A stretch of DNA of 64,000 nucleotides from Bdellovibrionota bacterium (GCA_041391485.1 JAWKNY010000001.1:5877-69876), one strand, 5' to 3'; positions 36,161 through 47,749 are shown, numbered from the stretch's first letter. The notes: generated by a model not told the origin, from the sequence alone. Numbers and translations are program-made.

Positions 36161-36591
36161 GACGTGATCACTTCCTGGGCCCCGTTGTGATACACGATCT
36201 GTATCGGGGCCGTGTAAACACTGGCGTGGATGGGGCTAAAGGCGATGACAATACTGCAAGACTCGTCCGGATAGAGTTCCGTGGCGCATGTCCCGCCATA
36301 CCCCGGGTAAGTTCCGCCATAGTACTGGAACGCCGTGATGTGAAAGTCGCTACGCAGGTTCGAGGCGAGCACTTTGCCTACGTTGGTCACTAGAAAGGTG
36401 TGCTCCGCGACTTGCCCGATGGGCACATACCCAAACTCGTAATTGAGGCCTTCTGAAATCGTGAGTACGGCTAGGTCAAAATTGAGGGGTGCCGCGACGG
36501 GTTCACCGCCACATCTTACCAAGGTGAAAACCAAGAGGAGGATCTCGAGAATTTGGGGGCACGGGCGTGCTGGCCGAATACGGTCCCGCAT
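36124..36591 (-). CDS. Ig-like (choice-of-anchor D/ASH-type) domain lipoprotein
   Basis: Lipobox-like LVRC; FGYVPIG...TFLVTNVG...TCATELYPDESCSIVIAFSP...LRGTA. Confidence 0.7.
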   Translation of the reverse strand: MRDRIRPARPCPQILEILLLVFTLVRCGGEPVAAPLNFDLAVLTISEGLNYEFGYVPIGQVAEHTFLVTNVGKVLASNLRSDFHITAFQYYGGTYPGYGGTCATELYPDESCSIVIAFSPIHASVYTAPIQIVYHNGAQEVITSRPVLRGTAIGP

Positions 36592-36744
36592 AAGGCTTCC
36601 TCCGTTAGAAACCCCCTTGTTCTATTATTATGCGATCCAAGCATGAAAGAAGTCCCTCAGACGTGTGAAATTTGCTTCACAATTGCCGCTATCACCAAAT
36701 CCTTAGTCGTAGACAGACCCCCCAGTGAGGTGTAGTTTTTTGAC

Positions 36745-36794
36745 AGGTACGCGGTTACTTTTGAGGAAAGCTCATCAAAAGTAACCGCGTACCT
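36745..36794. repeat. REP-like palindrome, copy 1
   Basis: AGGTACGCGGTTACTTTTGA / TCAAAAGTAACCGCGTACCT: perfect 20-bp inverted repeat with a 10-nt spacer; intergenic. Confidence 0.85.
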
Positions 36795-36812
36795 ATTTAT
36801 ATAGGGGGGAAC

Positions 36813-37202
36813 ATGAAGCTAGATCTAGGATTACTCAGTCTTCGCGTTTCAGCAGGCCTCATGATGGCGTTGGGCCACGGGTGGGGAAAGCTAACCGGCT
36901 TTTCCACCATCGTTACCCGATTTCCAAGCCTGTTCGGCTTAGGTTCCCAGGTCAGTCTAGCGCTCGCCGTCTTTGCGGAGTTCTTCTGCGCTCTTGCCGT
37001 CGTGGTCGGATTCAAAACCCGCTGGGCGGCGGTCCCCGTGGCCATCACGATGTTGGTGGCGGCGATTATCGTTCACTCGGCCGATCCCTGGAGCAAAAAG
37101 GAGCTGGCACTTCTCTTTGCCGTTCCTTTTATTACTCTTTTCTTTACAGACGGCGGCCGTTTTTCTGTCGACTCATTCGCACGGGCGAAGGGTCGTCGTT
37201 AG
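36813..37202 (+). CDS. DoxX family membrane protein
   Basis: LLSLRVSAG...HGWGKL...AEFFC...KELALLF...GRFSVD. Confidence 0.9.
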   Translation: MKLDLGLLSLRVSAGLMMALGHGWGKLTGFSTIVTRFPSLFGLGSQVSLALAVFAEFFCALAVVVGFKTRWAAVPVAITMLVAAIIVHSADPWSKKELALLFAVPFITLFFTDGGRFSVDSFARAKGRR

Positions 37203-37248
37203 GCTTTAGTCTCTTGCCGTCAGCGGCACGTTCCACTAACCTATAGGG

Positions 37249-38688
37249 GTGAATACAGACTCGGACGCAGCACAGTGGCGCGACCTGGGGCTTTCAGATG
37301 ATCTCCTCTCTCTGATTGAACAAGCGGGATTCAAATCTCCGACCCCGATTCAGACCAAAGCTATCCCTCTCGCTCTAGAGGGGGACGATATTGTGGCCTC
37401 GGCCCAAACGGGCTCTGGCAAAACGGCGTGCTTTTGTTTTCCAATGATCGAAAAGATGAAGGGCCGCAAGGGAACCTACGGCCTCATCCTTTCCCCAACG
37501 CGCGAGATTGCGTTGCAGACTCAGCAAACGCTGGAGCAGTTTGCAACCCCACTTGGGATTCGTTCCGTTTCCCTCATTGGCGGCGTCAATCTTAGAAGCG
37601 ATGAGGAGCGCCTCAAAGCCGGCCCTCACATCTTGGTCGGCACACCGGGGCGCATCTGTGATCATTTGGAACGCGGCAATCTTTGGCTCGAATACATTGA
37701 GATGTTGGTTCTGGACGAAGCGGATCGGATGCTGGATATGGGGTTCGCGAAAGAGCTGAACCGCATCACGAGCGAAATCTCCGACTCGCGTCAAACCCTG
37801 CTCTTCTCGGCAACGATTGCCCCGGAGATTGAACGTCTTGCAAAGCGGATTCTGCACAATCCCAAACGTGTCCAGGTCGGACGCGCCCTTTCCACGAATC
37901 GCAACGTGGATCAGCGGGTGCTCTTAGTGAACGAAAGCCAAAAGCTTCGCGAACTCATGTACCTCCTCGAAGAGGAACGCGAAACGGTGATTGTTTTCAA
38001 TCGCACCAAGGACAATACCTTCAAGCTTTGGCGTTCCAGCCTGGATTATGGCATGGAAGACTCCACTTACATCTCCTCCAACAAAAGGCAGAGCGATCGC
38101 GAAAAGGCCTTGGAGGGATTCAAGGATGGGGCTTTTAGAATTCTTTTTGCTACGGATGTCGCCGGACGCGGTATCCACGTCGAAAACGTTGCCCATGTCA
38201 TCAACTACGATTTGCCCGAAGAGCCGGAAGATTACATCCACCGCATCGGAAGAACCGGGCGCCGCGGCGCCACCGGAAAGGCCACGAGCTTTGTGACGCC
38301 TCGTGAAATGGGGCAACTGCGACGCATCGAACGCGTGCTGGGTTCTCCCATCCCTTGCGAGGAAGCACCCGGGTTTCGCATGGAAAGCTCGTCTAGGGAT
38401 CGGCAATCACGCGGCGGGCGCAGCTCCGGTAGTCGAGGCCGAGGGCCTTCACGCGGGGGACGATCGGGAAGTCGATCCGGTGGGCGATCCTCAGGCTCTG
38501 GAAGCCGCTCCCGAAGCGCGGGCAGCCGGTCGGGAAGTTCGGGAGGCAGATCCGGAGGTTCTGGAAGCCGATCCGGAAGTTCAGGAGGGCGCTCCGGCGG
38601 TTCCGGAAACCGCTCCGGAAGTACAGGAGGGCGCTCTAGAGGCGGCTCCCGGAGTTCGGGAAACCGCCGTGGCGGACGCGGCCGCTGA
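37249..38688 (+). CDS. DEAD-box RNA helicase with G/S/R-rich tail
   Basis: Q-motif PTPIQ, AQTGSGKT, PTREIA, DEAD, SAT, HRIGRTGR. Confidence 0.96.
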   Translation: MNTDSDAAQWRDLGLSDDLLSLIEQAGFKSPTPIQTKAIPLALEGDDIVASAQTGSGKTACFCFPMIEKMKGRKGTYGLILSPTREIALQTQQTLEQFATPLGIRSVSLIGGVNLRSDEERLKAGPHILVGTPGRICDHLERGNLWLEYIEMLVLDEADRMLDMGFAKELNRITSEISDSRQTLLFSATIAPEIERLAKRILHNPKRVQVGRALSTNRNVDQRVLLVNESQKLRELMYLLEEERETVIVFNRTKDNTFKLWRSSLDYGMEDSTYISSNKRQSDREKALEGFKDGAFRILFATDVAGRGIHVENVAHVINYDLPEEPEDYIHRIGRTGRRGATGKATSFVTPREMGQLRRIERVLGSPIPCEEAPGFRMESSSRDRQSRGGRSSGSRGRGPSRGGRSGSRSGGRSSGSGSRSRSAGSRSGSSGGRSGGSGSRSGSSGGRSGGSGNRSGSTGGRSRGGSRSSGNRRGGRGR

Positions 38689-38689
38689 G

Positions 38690-38956
38690 CTAGTAGCGTT
38701 GAATGAGGTGGTAACCGAACTGCGTGCGAACGGGCTCGGAGACTTCGCCTTCTTTTAGCGAAAACGCCGCTGTTTCAAACTCTCGCACCATCTGTCCTTT
38801 TCCGAACGAACCCAAATCACCGCCCTGGCGGCCGGAGGGCGATTGAATGTCGCGCGCTGTGTCCTCAAAAGACGCGCCGTCTTCTTTGGATCTTTCTTGA
38901 GCAGATCCTTGGTTTGAATTTGTTCCACAAGAATGTGTCTGGCTTTGATCGGACAT
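38690..38956 (-). CDS. ppiC: Parvulin-type peptidyl-prolyl isomerase, frameshifted
   Basis: [53 protein letters not shown]. Confidence 0.85.
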   Translation of the reverse strand: MSDQSQTHSCGTNSNQGSAQERSKEDGASFEDTARDIQSPSGRQGGDLGSFGKGQMVREFETAAFSLKEGEVSEPVRTQFGYHLIQRY

Positions 38957-38964
38957 AGTCGTTC

Positions 38965-39920
38965 TCCTTGCAGTTTGGATAGCCCATCGACTCCGCCATT
39001 GTAAACCGGCCAAAGATTCTCGGCGGTTTTTGGTACTTTGATGCGTTCGGGAAACACCAGCTGCTTCCGGGCATGCGTCCGGCTAATCGGGTCCATTGCT
39101 TGGTACGGCATAAGGCGTGGTGCCTGTGCTTTGGCTTTACGCCGAAAAAAACCACCGCAGCATGGGCAAATCAGTCCACGTCAGATTCGGTCCGCCCCCA
39201 CCTATCTGTCGTGCCAGATCGGGACGCGCGCATGATCTCTCGCCCCACCATCACATCTGCACTGCCGGTGACTTCGCAGCACCCGTCGATAATCTTCTGT
39301 GCTCCAGATATCACCATTGGCAATCACCGGCAGGCAAACCGCTTCCCGAATCCGCGCGATCCACTCCCCAATGGGCCGCCGGAGGTTGGCACCATCCACC
39401 TTCGCGGGCGTGCACGGTAAGCCAGGTCGCGCCACCGGCTTTTACGGCACGCGCCAACTCAACGGCGGAATCGGGCTTGTCGTAGCCCAACCGAATCTTT
39501 TGCCGTCACCGGCACCCTACTGGGGACGGCCGCGCGTACGGCTTTGATAATCTTTCGAGGCGCTCGATGACCAGCAGTGCGCCTTCACCGTCGTGACGGT
39601 TCACGGTCTTCGCGGGACAACAAAATTCAAGTCCACACCCAGCGCTCCTAGCTCCGCAGCTCGCTCGCGCCAGCGCCAGCCGCCAGTACGTGATCCTGCA
39701 CTGGAGAAGTTGGGACATAGACGGGTGTTCCGGCGGGCGTCATTCCGCCCTCCAACAGCGTTCCGGACAGAAGCGGCAGAAAACGCGCGGGGGCAGTAGC
39801 CGATTCTGGGTCACGACGAATGAACTCGGTGGCGCAATGGCTTAGCCTCTATCGCCGCGAGCATAGATCACGCAATACTGGGTCAACCACACCTTCCATT
39901 GGAGCTAAGAGAACCCTCAT
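38965..39920 (-). CDS. tRNA-dihydrouridine synthase (DusC-like), frameshifted
   Basis: [10 protein letters not shown], [24 protein letters not shown]. Confidence 0.85.
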
Positions 39921-40313
39921 ACACGGGCAAGATAGAATAGCTGGGAGGGACAGAGCGGCGTACTACGGAGCTTTAGCGGCAACAGCCCCGCGTTGCGGTA
40001 CAAGACGTTCCGCAGTTTGGCGTTTGGCAGTCACGTTGTGGAAGCACGACGGCGCGCAGTCACGGGCGCTTGCACCGTGAGGGCGTGCCGGCTACCTCAT
40101 CGCTCTGCACCGCCGGAGGTACAGAAAGAGAGGTTGTTGTAAGCAAGAGCACGGCAATCGGAACTCACACACAATCTGGCGTTCCCCCACACCAGCGCCT
40201 GACAATCCCGACGCGCCGAAAAGATCGCGCTCGCCGCCCAGAGCCTGAAAAAGCGAGAGCTAAAAACAGAATTCGAACAAGAAAATACTTTACACGATAG
40301 CTTTCCTCAGTAG

Positions 40314-40352
40314 ACGCGGTTACTTTTGAGGAATTCTCAAAAGTAACCGCGT
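40314..40352. repeat. REP-like palindrome, copy 2
   Basis: ACGCGGTTACTTTTGAG-GAATT-CTCAAAAGTAACCGCGT: perfect 17-bp arms, same core as copy 1. Partial AATAACCGCG follows at ~40368. Confidence 0.85.
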
Positions 40353-40409
40353 ACCTTTTAGGGAAAAATAACCGCGCGCAGGGAACTTGGCATGGCGACC
40401 GGTGTCAAC

Positions 40410-42180
40410 TTAATCGCGGCTGAAGTACTGGAAGGAAGGGTCCTGGTGGTTTCCGGGCTCGGCGATCGACGAAAAGCGCGATGGCTTCGGTGCGCTCTCC
40501 GCCTTCACGTCGGAAGACAAACCATGTCCGCCGTTTGAATAAGGAGGAAGAGACCTTTGCCGGCTCCGCCTTTGTCCGGCTGCGGCGAGATCGTTCCCCG
40601 GCAAACCATTCTCAAGGTATCTTCGCTGCAAAGTCCCTTCAAACTCCCTGAACGGGTCCTCTTGTCGAAATGGCGAGCAAAAGCCCATCGCACGCGTAGC
40701 GTAGCTGCCTGCTCACGGATCCAACAACCGGAACGGTGTGCGCTGCAGCTGATTGCATTGGGTTTGCCGTCCTTACCGACGGCGGCATCATAAATCGCGT
40801 TCACCAGTTCTTCGGCGACGATTCCTACACTTTCCAGGATCTGCCGTCGGATTCCCAAAGACCTGAAAGTGCTGGACCATCTCTTGATGAGTTCACGGCG
40901 TAGGCGCTTCCGTCACTTTTGCGGAGTGCACTTCGACGCCCCAGAAAAGGTACTTTTCAAACCAAACATTTCCCGGGATCGATGAGTTTATGAATGGTGG
41001 TCACTTAGGTTCTTCGCGGTAAACGTTTATCGATTGCGGCCGCGTTTTACGTTGGTCAGATTGGGTACTTCTGAGTTTTTTAATGTAAGTGGGAATGTTC
41101 TCTGGACGTCATGAAAACCACCTTTGCCGTTAGGACGCAACCTTTGCCATCTGGGCAAGCTCTGATCATCTTCCCATTCAAACAAAGCAGATCGTACTCG
41201 AACTGCCTGAGCTTTCTTGCGCCTTCTACCGTACTCGCACGTCCAAACGCACCCCGGTTCCGCCAAGTGCGAGTTTTGCTAGTTTTTGTTCCTGCACATC
41301 ACCTTCTGCAAGCAGGATGCGCTTGTGCTTCATCGCAAGCTCAGCGGCGTGGTAAGAGGTCAGCGGTTTTGGTAAACCTACGATCATCCACCTGTTTGGC
41401 TGCTTGTCCAAGAAAGTTCGCCGAATCCCGATTCTTCCGGTCTTACGAATTGGTGAAAGGAATCGCGAAGTAGCAGCAGGTGATCGGTGAACAAAGTATT
41501 CAACTTGGAAAAGGTAAGGTCCTTGGTGTTATAGAGTTCCTCAAGCTTCTGGCGGTTAGTATTCAGCTCTGAGTTTTGCTGCTCTAATCCATCGGTTTTG
41601 CGAAGGAGCGCTGAGGTGCGTTCCTCGACTTTTTTGCTCAGGATCGCTATTGGCCTTGATAAGGCCTTCTGGGCGTTCTTCAGGTTGCGGCTCGCTTCTT
41701 CCAAACTCTTCGCACGCCTTCATTGGTCGCTGAAAAGCTTTCCAACTGGTACCTCCGGTGCACGCGCCGTAGGAATTGGCTTCGAAGGGAATCCGAAATT
41801 TCCTTGGTCGACGGCCCCAGCAACTTGTGGGCCTCCACTTGGATAAGCTCGACTGGTGTTTCGGCCAGCACGGATGCGCTGCAAGGGGTTTGGCTGAGGA
41901 CGCTAATCTCGCCAATGATGTCGCCGAATTTCTCCATGTGGATCACCAAGTCCCCGTCGCTATAGACGCCGACAGAGCCGGAGAGGAGAAAGTAGAGATT
42001 TTGGTTCTTACTGCCTTGCCGCAAGATCTCTGTTCCCGCCGGTTGCAAGACGAAGCTAGCAAACTGAGAGACTTCCTTTAGGAGGTCGACCGGGAAGTCT
42101 TTGAAAAATGGAAACTGTTTAAGGGAGGCCAAAACATCGATTTCGGCGGTTTTTTCGGCTGCGGCGGTGCGGGGAGACAT
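40410..42180 (-). CDS. cNMP-binding domain + coiled coil + pseudo-receiver + HATPase-like domain protein, frameshifted
   Basis: CNB ILRQGS...LYFLLSG...IGEISVL; KRILLAEGD; FGLEKY...IVAEEL.NAIYDA; GAGKGLFLL. Confidence 0.65.
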
Positions 42181-42276
42181 AGCTTAATGGTACCTCAAAA
42201 AACCTTTGTCCATCCGCATCAATCTGTCGCCTCATTTCCTTACATTTCGGTACCGATAAAGTACGAAGGAGAGCCT

Positions 42277-42648
42277 ATGTCGTCGCCCAAAGGACTTACA
42301 CCCTTTAGAAAAATCTTTCCGGAAGGTCACACGCTGCTAACAGAAGGCGAATCGGGAAGCTCTTTTTACATCCTGGAAAGAGGGACTTTGGAAGTACGAG
42401 TCCACGGCAAAGCAGTCAGCACGATAACCGCTAAGGACGAAGTGGAGTTCGTTGGCGAAGTAGCGGCTCTGCTTTCGACCCCCCGAACGGCCACCGTTAT
42501 CGCAAAAACCGAAGTCAGTGCGCTGTACTTCGAAGCGGGGAACTTCGAAAAGATCATCGCGGCGGCCCCTTCCCTAGGAATGAAGCTCGCCCGTTCGCTC
42601 GCTAAAAAGCTGAGCGCGCTCCAATCCCCCGAAAAGAAAGCGGCTTAA
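42277..42648 (+). CDS. Stand-alone cyclic-nucleotide-binding domain protein
   Basis: LLTEGESGSSFYILERG...VGEVAALLSTPRTATVIA; no HTH. GGAG RBS before ATG 42277. Confidence 0.85.
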   Translation: MSSPKGLTPFRKIFPEGHTLLTEGESGSSFYILERGTLEVRVHGKAVSTITAKDEVEFVGEVAALLSTPRTATVIAKTEVSALYFEAGNFEKIIAAAPSLGMKLARSLAKKLSALQSPEKKAA

Positions 42649-42656
42649 ACGCTTCT

Positions 42657-43850
42657 CTAGAAAATAAAGTTGTGCACCATCTGCAAGAGAAACGCACAGA
42701 CAAGCCCCATATAGGTGCCAAGCACGTAACCCAATACAGCAAGCAGCACGCCTACCGGCGCCAACGCCGGATGAAAAGCGCTTGCCACGATGGGCGCTGA
42801 CGCGGCCGCTCCCACGTTCGCTTGGGAGCCCACGGCGGCGAAGAAGATGGGCGCTTTGAGGTAGCGGCACAGCAGCAAGATCGTAACCGCATGGAACAGC
42901 ATCCACACGCTGCCAATCACAACCATGGCGGGAGCATCGAGTACCGCGGCGAAATTTCCCTGAGCGCCGATGGTCGCCACAAGGAGATACAAAAACACTG
43001 AACCGACCGCGCTGGCGCCCGCGCCTTCAAGCTTACGAAAGTTCGTGAAAGAGAGAGCCACACCTATCGTCGTTACAATGATAACGACCCACGTAAAGCC
43101 CGTCACAATACCGCCGAATTCAGGAAGCATTTTTGAAAGCCAGCTAGCCACTACGGTTCCACCAAAGGCAAGAGCGCCAATGGTTAGGAGATCTGCAAGC
43201 TTTGCAGGACGAGAAACCTGAGCCTGGTAGGCTTCCACTTTTTGGCGCAAGACTTCCAGCGCCGAACGATCGGCACCAATGGCAGCGTCGATTTCCTTCT
43301 CACGGCCCGCGAAATACAAGAGAACCGCCATCCAAACACTAGCCACGGCCACATCCACAATCACCATCATGTTAATCGTTTCGGGCTTGGCGCCTACGCT
43401 TTCACCGATAGCAATGAAGTTTGCTCCACCACCAATCCAGGATCCACTGAGCGCGGCAAGACCCTTCCACGCTTCGTCTCCGATTTCGGGCGGAATCATC
43501 CAGCCAAAGGCCAGGTACGCAAGAGGGGCACCAATCACAATTCCCGCGGTCGCCCCGAAGAAAAGATACAAAACTTTTTTCCCAAGGCCCATGATGGCCG
43601 GGATATCTACCGACATCGTTAAGAGCAACAAGCTGGAAGGCAGCAGCCACTTCTTAATGAAGGTGTAGGTCGGACTCTCTAGGGGAATGATGTGCGTGTT
43701 GGAAAGAAGGGTCGGTACAAAGTAAGCAAACACCAAGAGCGGCACCACTTTGAAAATCTTCCCAATGTTCGGGTGAGCCGCAGCGGAGAACAACAGCGCC
43801 AACACAACGAGCAACACCGCTAATACGGCTATCGGATCCTGAATCATCAA
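42657..43850 (-). CDS. DUF819 family membrane protein
   Basis: About 11 TM; GSWIGGGANF and SQANVGAAASAPIVA motifs. Confidence 0.88.
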   Translation of the reverse strand: MMIQDPIAVLAVLLVVLALLFSAAAHPNIGKIFKVVPLLVFAYFVPTLLSNTHIIPLESPTYTFIKKWLLPSSLLLLTMSVDIPAIMGLGKKVLYLFFGATAGIVIGAPLAYLAFGWMIPPEIGDEAWKGLAALSGSWIGGGANFIAIGESVGAKPETINMMVIVDVAVASVWMAVLLYFAGREKEIDAAIGADRSALEVLRQKVEAYQAQVSRPAKLADLLTIGALAFGGTVVASWLSKMLPEFGGIVTGFTWVVIIVTTIGVALSFTNFRKLEGAGASAVGSVFLYLLVATIGAQGNFAAVLDAPAMVVIGSVWMLFHAVTILLLCRYLKAPIFFAAVGSQANVGAAASAPIVASAFHPALAPVGVLLAVLGYVLGTYMGLVCAFLLQMVHNFIF

Positions 43851-44089
43851 CTTCCTCCAAGAAAAACCTGAATACGCTAAGAAGCTTCACACCTTTAGCC
43901 AATTTGCTGCATCGCATCAAGTTTATTTTGGGGTTTTGAGGTACACTAAAGGGACTATGCAACGGACGCTAAACCTTCTAAAGACCTACAAGCATTACTG
44001 GATCTGGCTCTCCTGGCAGCGACGGCGGTGTTCTTATTGCTCGCCCTACCGGCACCCAAGAGGCAGCGACCCCGTATATTTACAACCCT

Positions 44090-45200
44090 GAACTAGGGAG
44101 TTGCTTTAGAGCAACGGTCGGAGTTGGAGCCTGGAGGCGGCTCGAGATCGCTTGCGCGATTTGCTGATTGCCGGCTTCAAGTAGTGCATGATATCGGCAT
44201 ACAGAGTTTCGTTGTGCCCTTGGAAAAGCTGCGAAAGATCCAAAGGCTCTACACCCGGCGGCAAGTCTTTTGCTCCTTCGCGGATGCGCGAGTACGCATC
44301 GGCTACAATTCCTTGCCAATGCTTGTTCTTTTCCATCGCCGCTTGTTCTTCTTCACTGAGTGGGTTCATAGAAAGATCGCCGGTTGCAAAATAAAAATCG
44401 GTCGCGCCCCTGTTCCCTTAAACGCTTTGTGTGCCTCGCCATAGTAATGTTCTAAGAAACCTGCGCGGCCAGTAGAGTCTTGTCTTCCTCCAGAAAGGGA
44501 CCACGAAACGATTCTTGCATTTCAGGCTCCACCCGCAACTTCTTTTCCGCCGCCTTCTTTAGGGATCCGACGAACTACCATCCGATTTTTTTGCCACATC
44601 CGACCAGGACACTTCTCCCGTTTTCCCCATCTGGAAAAGGTAATGGTACTTGTCATACTCCGGCTTCCCCGCTGGATCACTGACACCATTCACAAAATTT
44701 GCAAGTCCGGCAAGCACATCGCAAACCCCGTCCATGAAGATCATGACCTGAGGTGGATTAGGCAGGCAAACTCCTCGCAAGGCCTGGTGCACTTCCTGAA
44801 AAAACAAAACCCACTTGGCCGTAGTTTGTAACCTCGGCGGGGAACTTCGGTGCGCGTTTGAGCTAGCACTCAACTCTGATGCTATCGTGTGCTCATCACG
44901 CGCGAGTCCCCCACATAAGGTGCTTCCCAAAAAGTCGATGCAGTCGCTACCGTACTCTCGGTGGAGGAGATTGACCGTACGGCGAGGTACCCGTCACTTC
45001 AATACCTAGAACTTTGCCGGAAAAGGAGGCCAGCGAATAAAGCTCATAAGCCTAAACTCGCGCGTCAATTTCGCGTGTTCTCTCTCCACTCAGCAAACCA
45101 GGCTCGGCCATTGACGGCATCGTCGCCACGTCCAGAGCGCCGGTGGTGGAGCCGGCCTGAACAGCATCAGCTCGGACAATGCGAGTGTCACGAAATATGA
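44090..45200 (-). CDS. SGNH/GDSL-like hydrolase, heavily frameshifted
   Basis: C-terminal PLDLSQLFQGHNETLYADIMHY (DxxH) and VMIFMDG fragment; 5' end uncertain. Confidence 0.45.
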
Positions 45201-45346
45201 AGAGGATTGTGTTTCTGAAAATTTTCGTTGCCCCGGATTTTTAGTATAGCGCAGCCACACGTACCGCCCTGCGCCAATCCCGCCTTCTTGAGTTAAATTG
45301 GCCGTAATGAGTTAAAATGAAAGCGCAACTCAAGCCTCAGACTCCC

Positions 45347-46734
45347 ATGCTATTCAACACCTTAGCTTCCCCCTTTTTCTAGCGATCGCTTTTTTCGCTT
45401 TCTACTCAACGCCACAAAATGGCGACGCTATCTATTACTCGCGGCAGCTACCTCTTTTACTCCTTCTGGAATTGGAAATTCTGTGGCCTTCTTTGCTCTC
45501 TACCGTGGTCGACTTCTATTGCGGTAAAGGGATCGCGAGAAACCGCCCCCCGACGCGCGATCAAGGAGGCGCTTCCTTCTTCTAAGTGTCGCCACTAATT
45601 TGGGCATCCTTAGTTTCTTCAAGTACTTTAACTTTTCGCGGATTCCTTTGTTGATTTTTCAGCCTTACTCGGATGGCAGAGTCCACCCGGTTACTCTCAA
45701 TATCATCCTTCCGGTGGGGATCGGCTTCTACACATTTCAAACCATGTCCTACGATTGAGGTCTGGCGAGAAGAAATCAAACCCTGCAACAGTTTTATCGA
45801 CTTCGCGCTTTACGTTTCTTTCTTTCCGCAGTTGGTGGCAGGGCCCATCGAACGCGCCAGTCATCTGCTCCCTCAGCTACAGAATCTAAACAAGCCAGTG
45901 TCGCGGAGTTTGATACAGCAAGGCGCGCTCCTGATTCTCACCGGCTACATCAAAAAAGTGATCCTCAGCGATCAAATTTCCCCTTACGCGGACGAGGCCT
46001 TCAAGAATTGGGAAACGCTTAGCTCTTTTGCTCTCTGGGAAGGACTGCTACTCTTCACCCTCCAGATCTATTTTGATTTTTCAGGTTATACGGACATCGC
46101 CCGCGGCGTTTCCAAATGGTTCGGCATCGATCTCATGGTGAATTTCCGCCAGCCGTACTTCGCTGAAAGCATCACCGAGTTCTGGCACCGGTGGCATATT
46201 TCGCTCTCCACCTGGCTCAAGTATTTGTACATCCCGCTTGGAGGCAATCGCAAAGGCCGGGCCCGTACGTATATGAACTTGATGATTACCATGCTCCTGG
46301 GTGGGCTCTGGCACCGGCACAACCTCACCTTCGTTTTCTGGGGCTTTTTGCATGGGCTTTACCTTGCGATTCCATAAGCTAATTGGGGGAAATCTTCACA
46401 ACCCTCAGCATGGAAGCCTCAAAATCCTCTTCACCCATTTCCTGGTTATTATACCTGGCTTCCCTTTCGATCTCCGGATTTTTCCACAATGTGGGGTATT
46501 CTGAAAAACTTTCATATTTGAAGGCACCGCCGATCCGAACTCCATCTTGTTTGTGGGGTCATATGCGCGGCCTTTTTCTTTTGGATTACCCGTTTACCGG
46601 ATGCGCGACGAATACCCGATCCTGCGGTTACCCGCTTTTTCCGAATGACCTATTACACGGTCACGTCTCTACTCATCGTGTTTCTTCTCACTTAGCGTGA
46701 AGAAGCTCGACCCTTTGTGTATTTTCAATTCTGG
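45347..46734 (+). CDS. MBOAT family O-acyltransferase (AlgI/DltB-like), frameshifted
   Basis: MLFN, FFPQLVAGPIER, QIYFDFSGYTDIA, NFRQPY...EFWHRWHISLSTW, GLWH, FVYFQF. Confidence 0.92.
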
Positions 46735-46739
46735 AGGTC

Positions 46740-47720
46740 ACAACACGAACAAAAAAATATCTAGTGAAGACTCTTTTCTTCTTGGGTAGCTGCGTACTAA
46801 GTGTCGCTATCTTTGAAACTGGCCTGCGCGTAATGAGTTCCCGGAAGAATATCACCACCATCGAGATGGTAAAGTACGCCAAATCTCTCAAGATGCGGGA
46901 TCCCACTTGGAGTCTTGACGCATGTCCATCGCCCCAATAGTGAAGCCCATTTGATGGGAGTGGACATCCGACTCAATAGCCTGAGGCATAGAAGCCCTGA
47001 ACTTCTGGCAACCAAACCGAGTGTTTCAGGCGTATCTTTGTCTTGGGAAGTTCTATCACGATGGGCTGGGGCGTACCCGAAAACGGAAATAACTACGACT
47101 CAACTCGCGTTGATACAGAATGAGCAAGCAGAGAAAACGGTGGAAATAGTCAACGCAGGCACGAGCTACAACTACCTTTTGCCAATACGAGATCTTTCGC
47201 CGCCAGCTCGAAGTGGTGAATCGGATCAGGTTGTCTTGCACTACTTCATCAACGACGCCGAACCCAACCCAGAAAATTCAAACCCGCTGGCCCGCTACTC
47301 CTTTTTGGCCGCTTACCTAAACAGCGAGCTCCAAGGAATGTACTTTCGCTACGCGAATAAGAAGAGTCTTCCGGAGTACTACCGGGATCTTTATACGTCC
47401 CAGAGCCAGGATTGGAAGAATACACTTGGCTACCTCAGACAAATGCGGCAGATGGCATCGGCAAAGGGTATCCCTTTTCTCGTAATGATTGTTCCGGATA
47501 CACACGATCTCAAAGTAGATTCGGCGTACGCGCCCATCTACGAGACGATTGAAGCAAAATTTAAAGAAGAAGGTTTAGACACGCTTAACGCGTTTACAGC
47601 TTTTTCGTCCGCCTTTGGTGGAAGGAAAACACGCTTTGGGTGCAGTCGATGACCCGCGCGAACGCGGTGGCCACGCTGTAATGGCCGATCTGCTCTACCA
47701 GAAGCTGAAGAAAGACTCCG
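46740..47720 (+). CDS. SGNH/GDSL hydrolase-family protein (MBOAT partner), frameshifted
   Basis: N-terminal TM; LGxSITMGWGV (block I), EIVNAG (block II), YFINDA (block III). Confidence 0.7.
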
Positions 47721-47749
47721 TTGCCGGGCAATCCTAGACTTAGGAACAG

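Noticed and set aside
38400-38688. Tandem GGRSGGSGSRSGSS-type repeats
   Set aside because: Ordinary low-complexity RNA-binding tail of a DEAD-box helicase, in frame with the gene.
38755-39111. Apparent dus-ppiC fusion ORF
   Set aside because: ppiC has its own AAGGAG RBS and ATG at 38956; the read-through is explained by indels.
39950-40300. Possible small Cys-containing gene between dus and palindrome copy 2
   Set aside because: No consistent frame, start or motif in an error-rich block.
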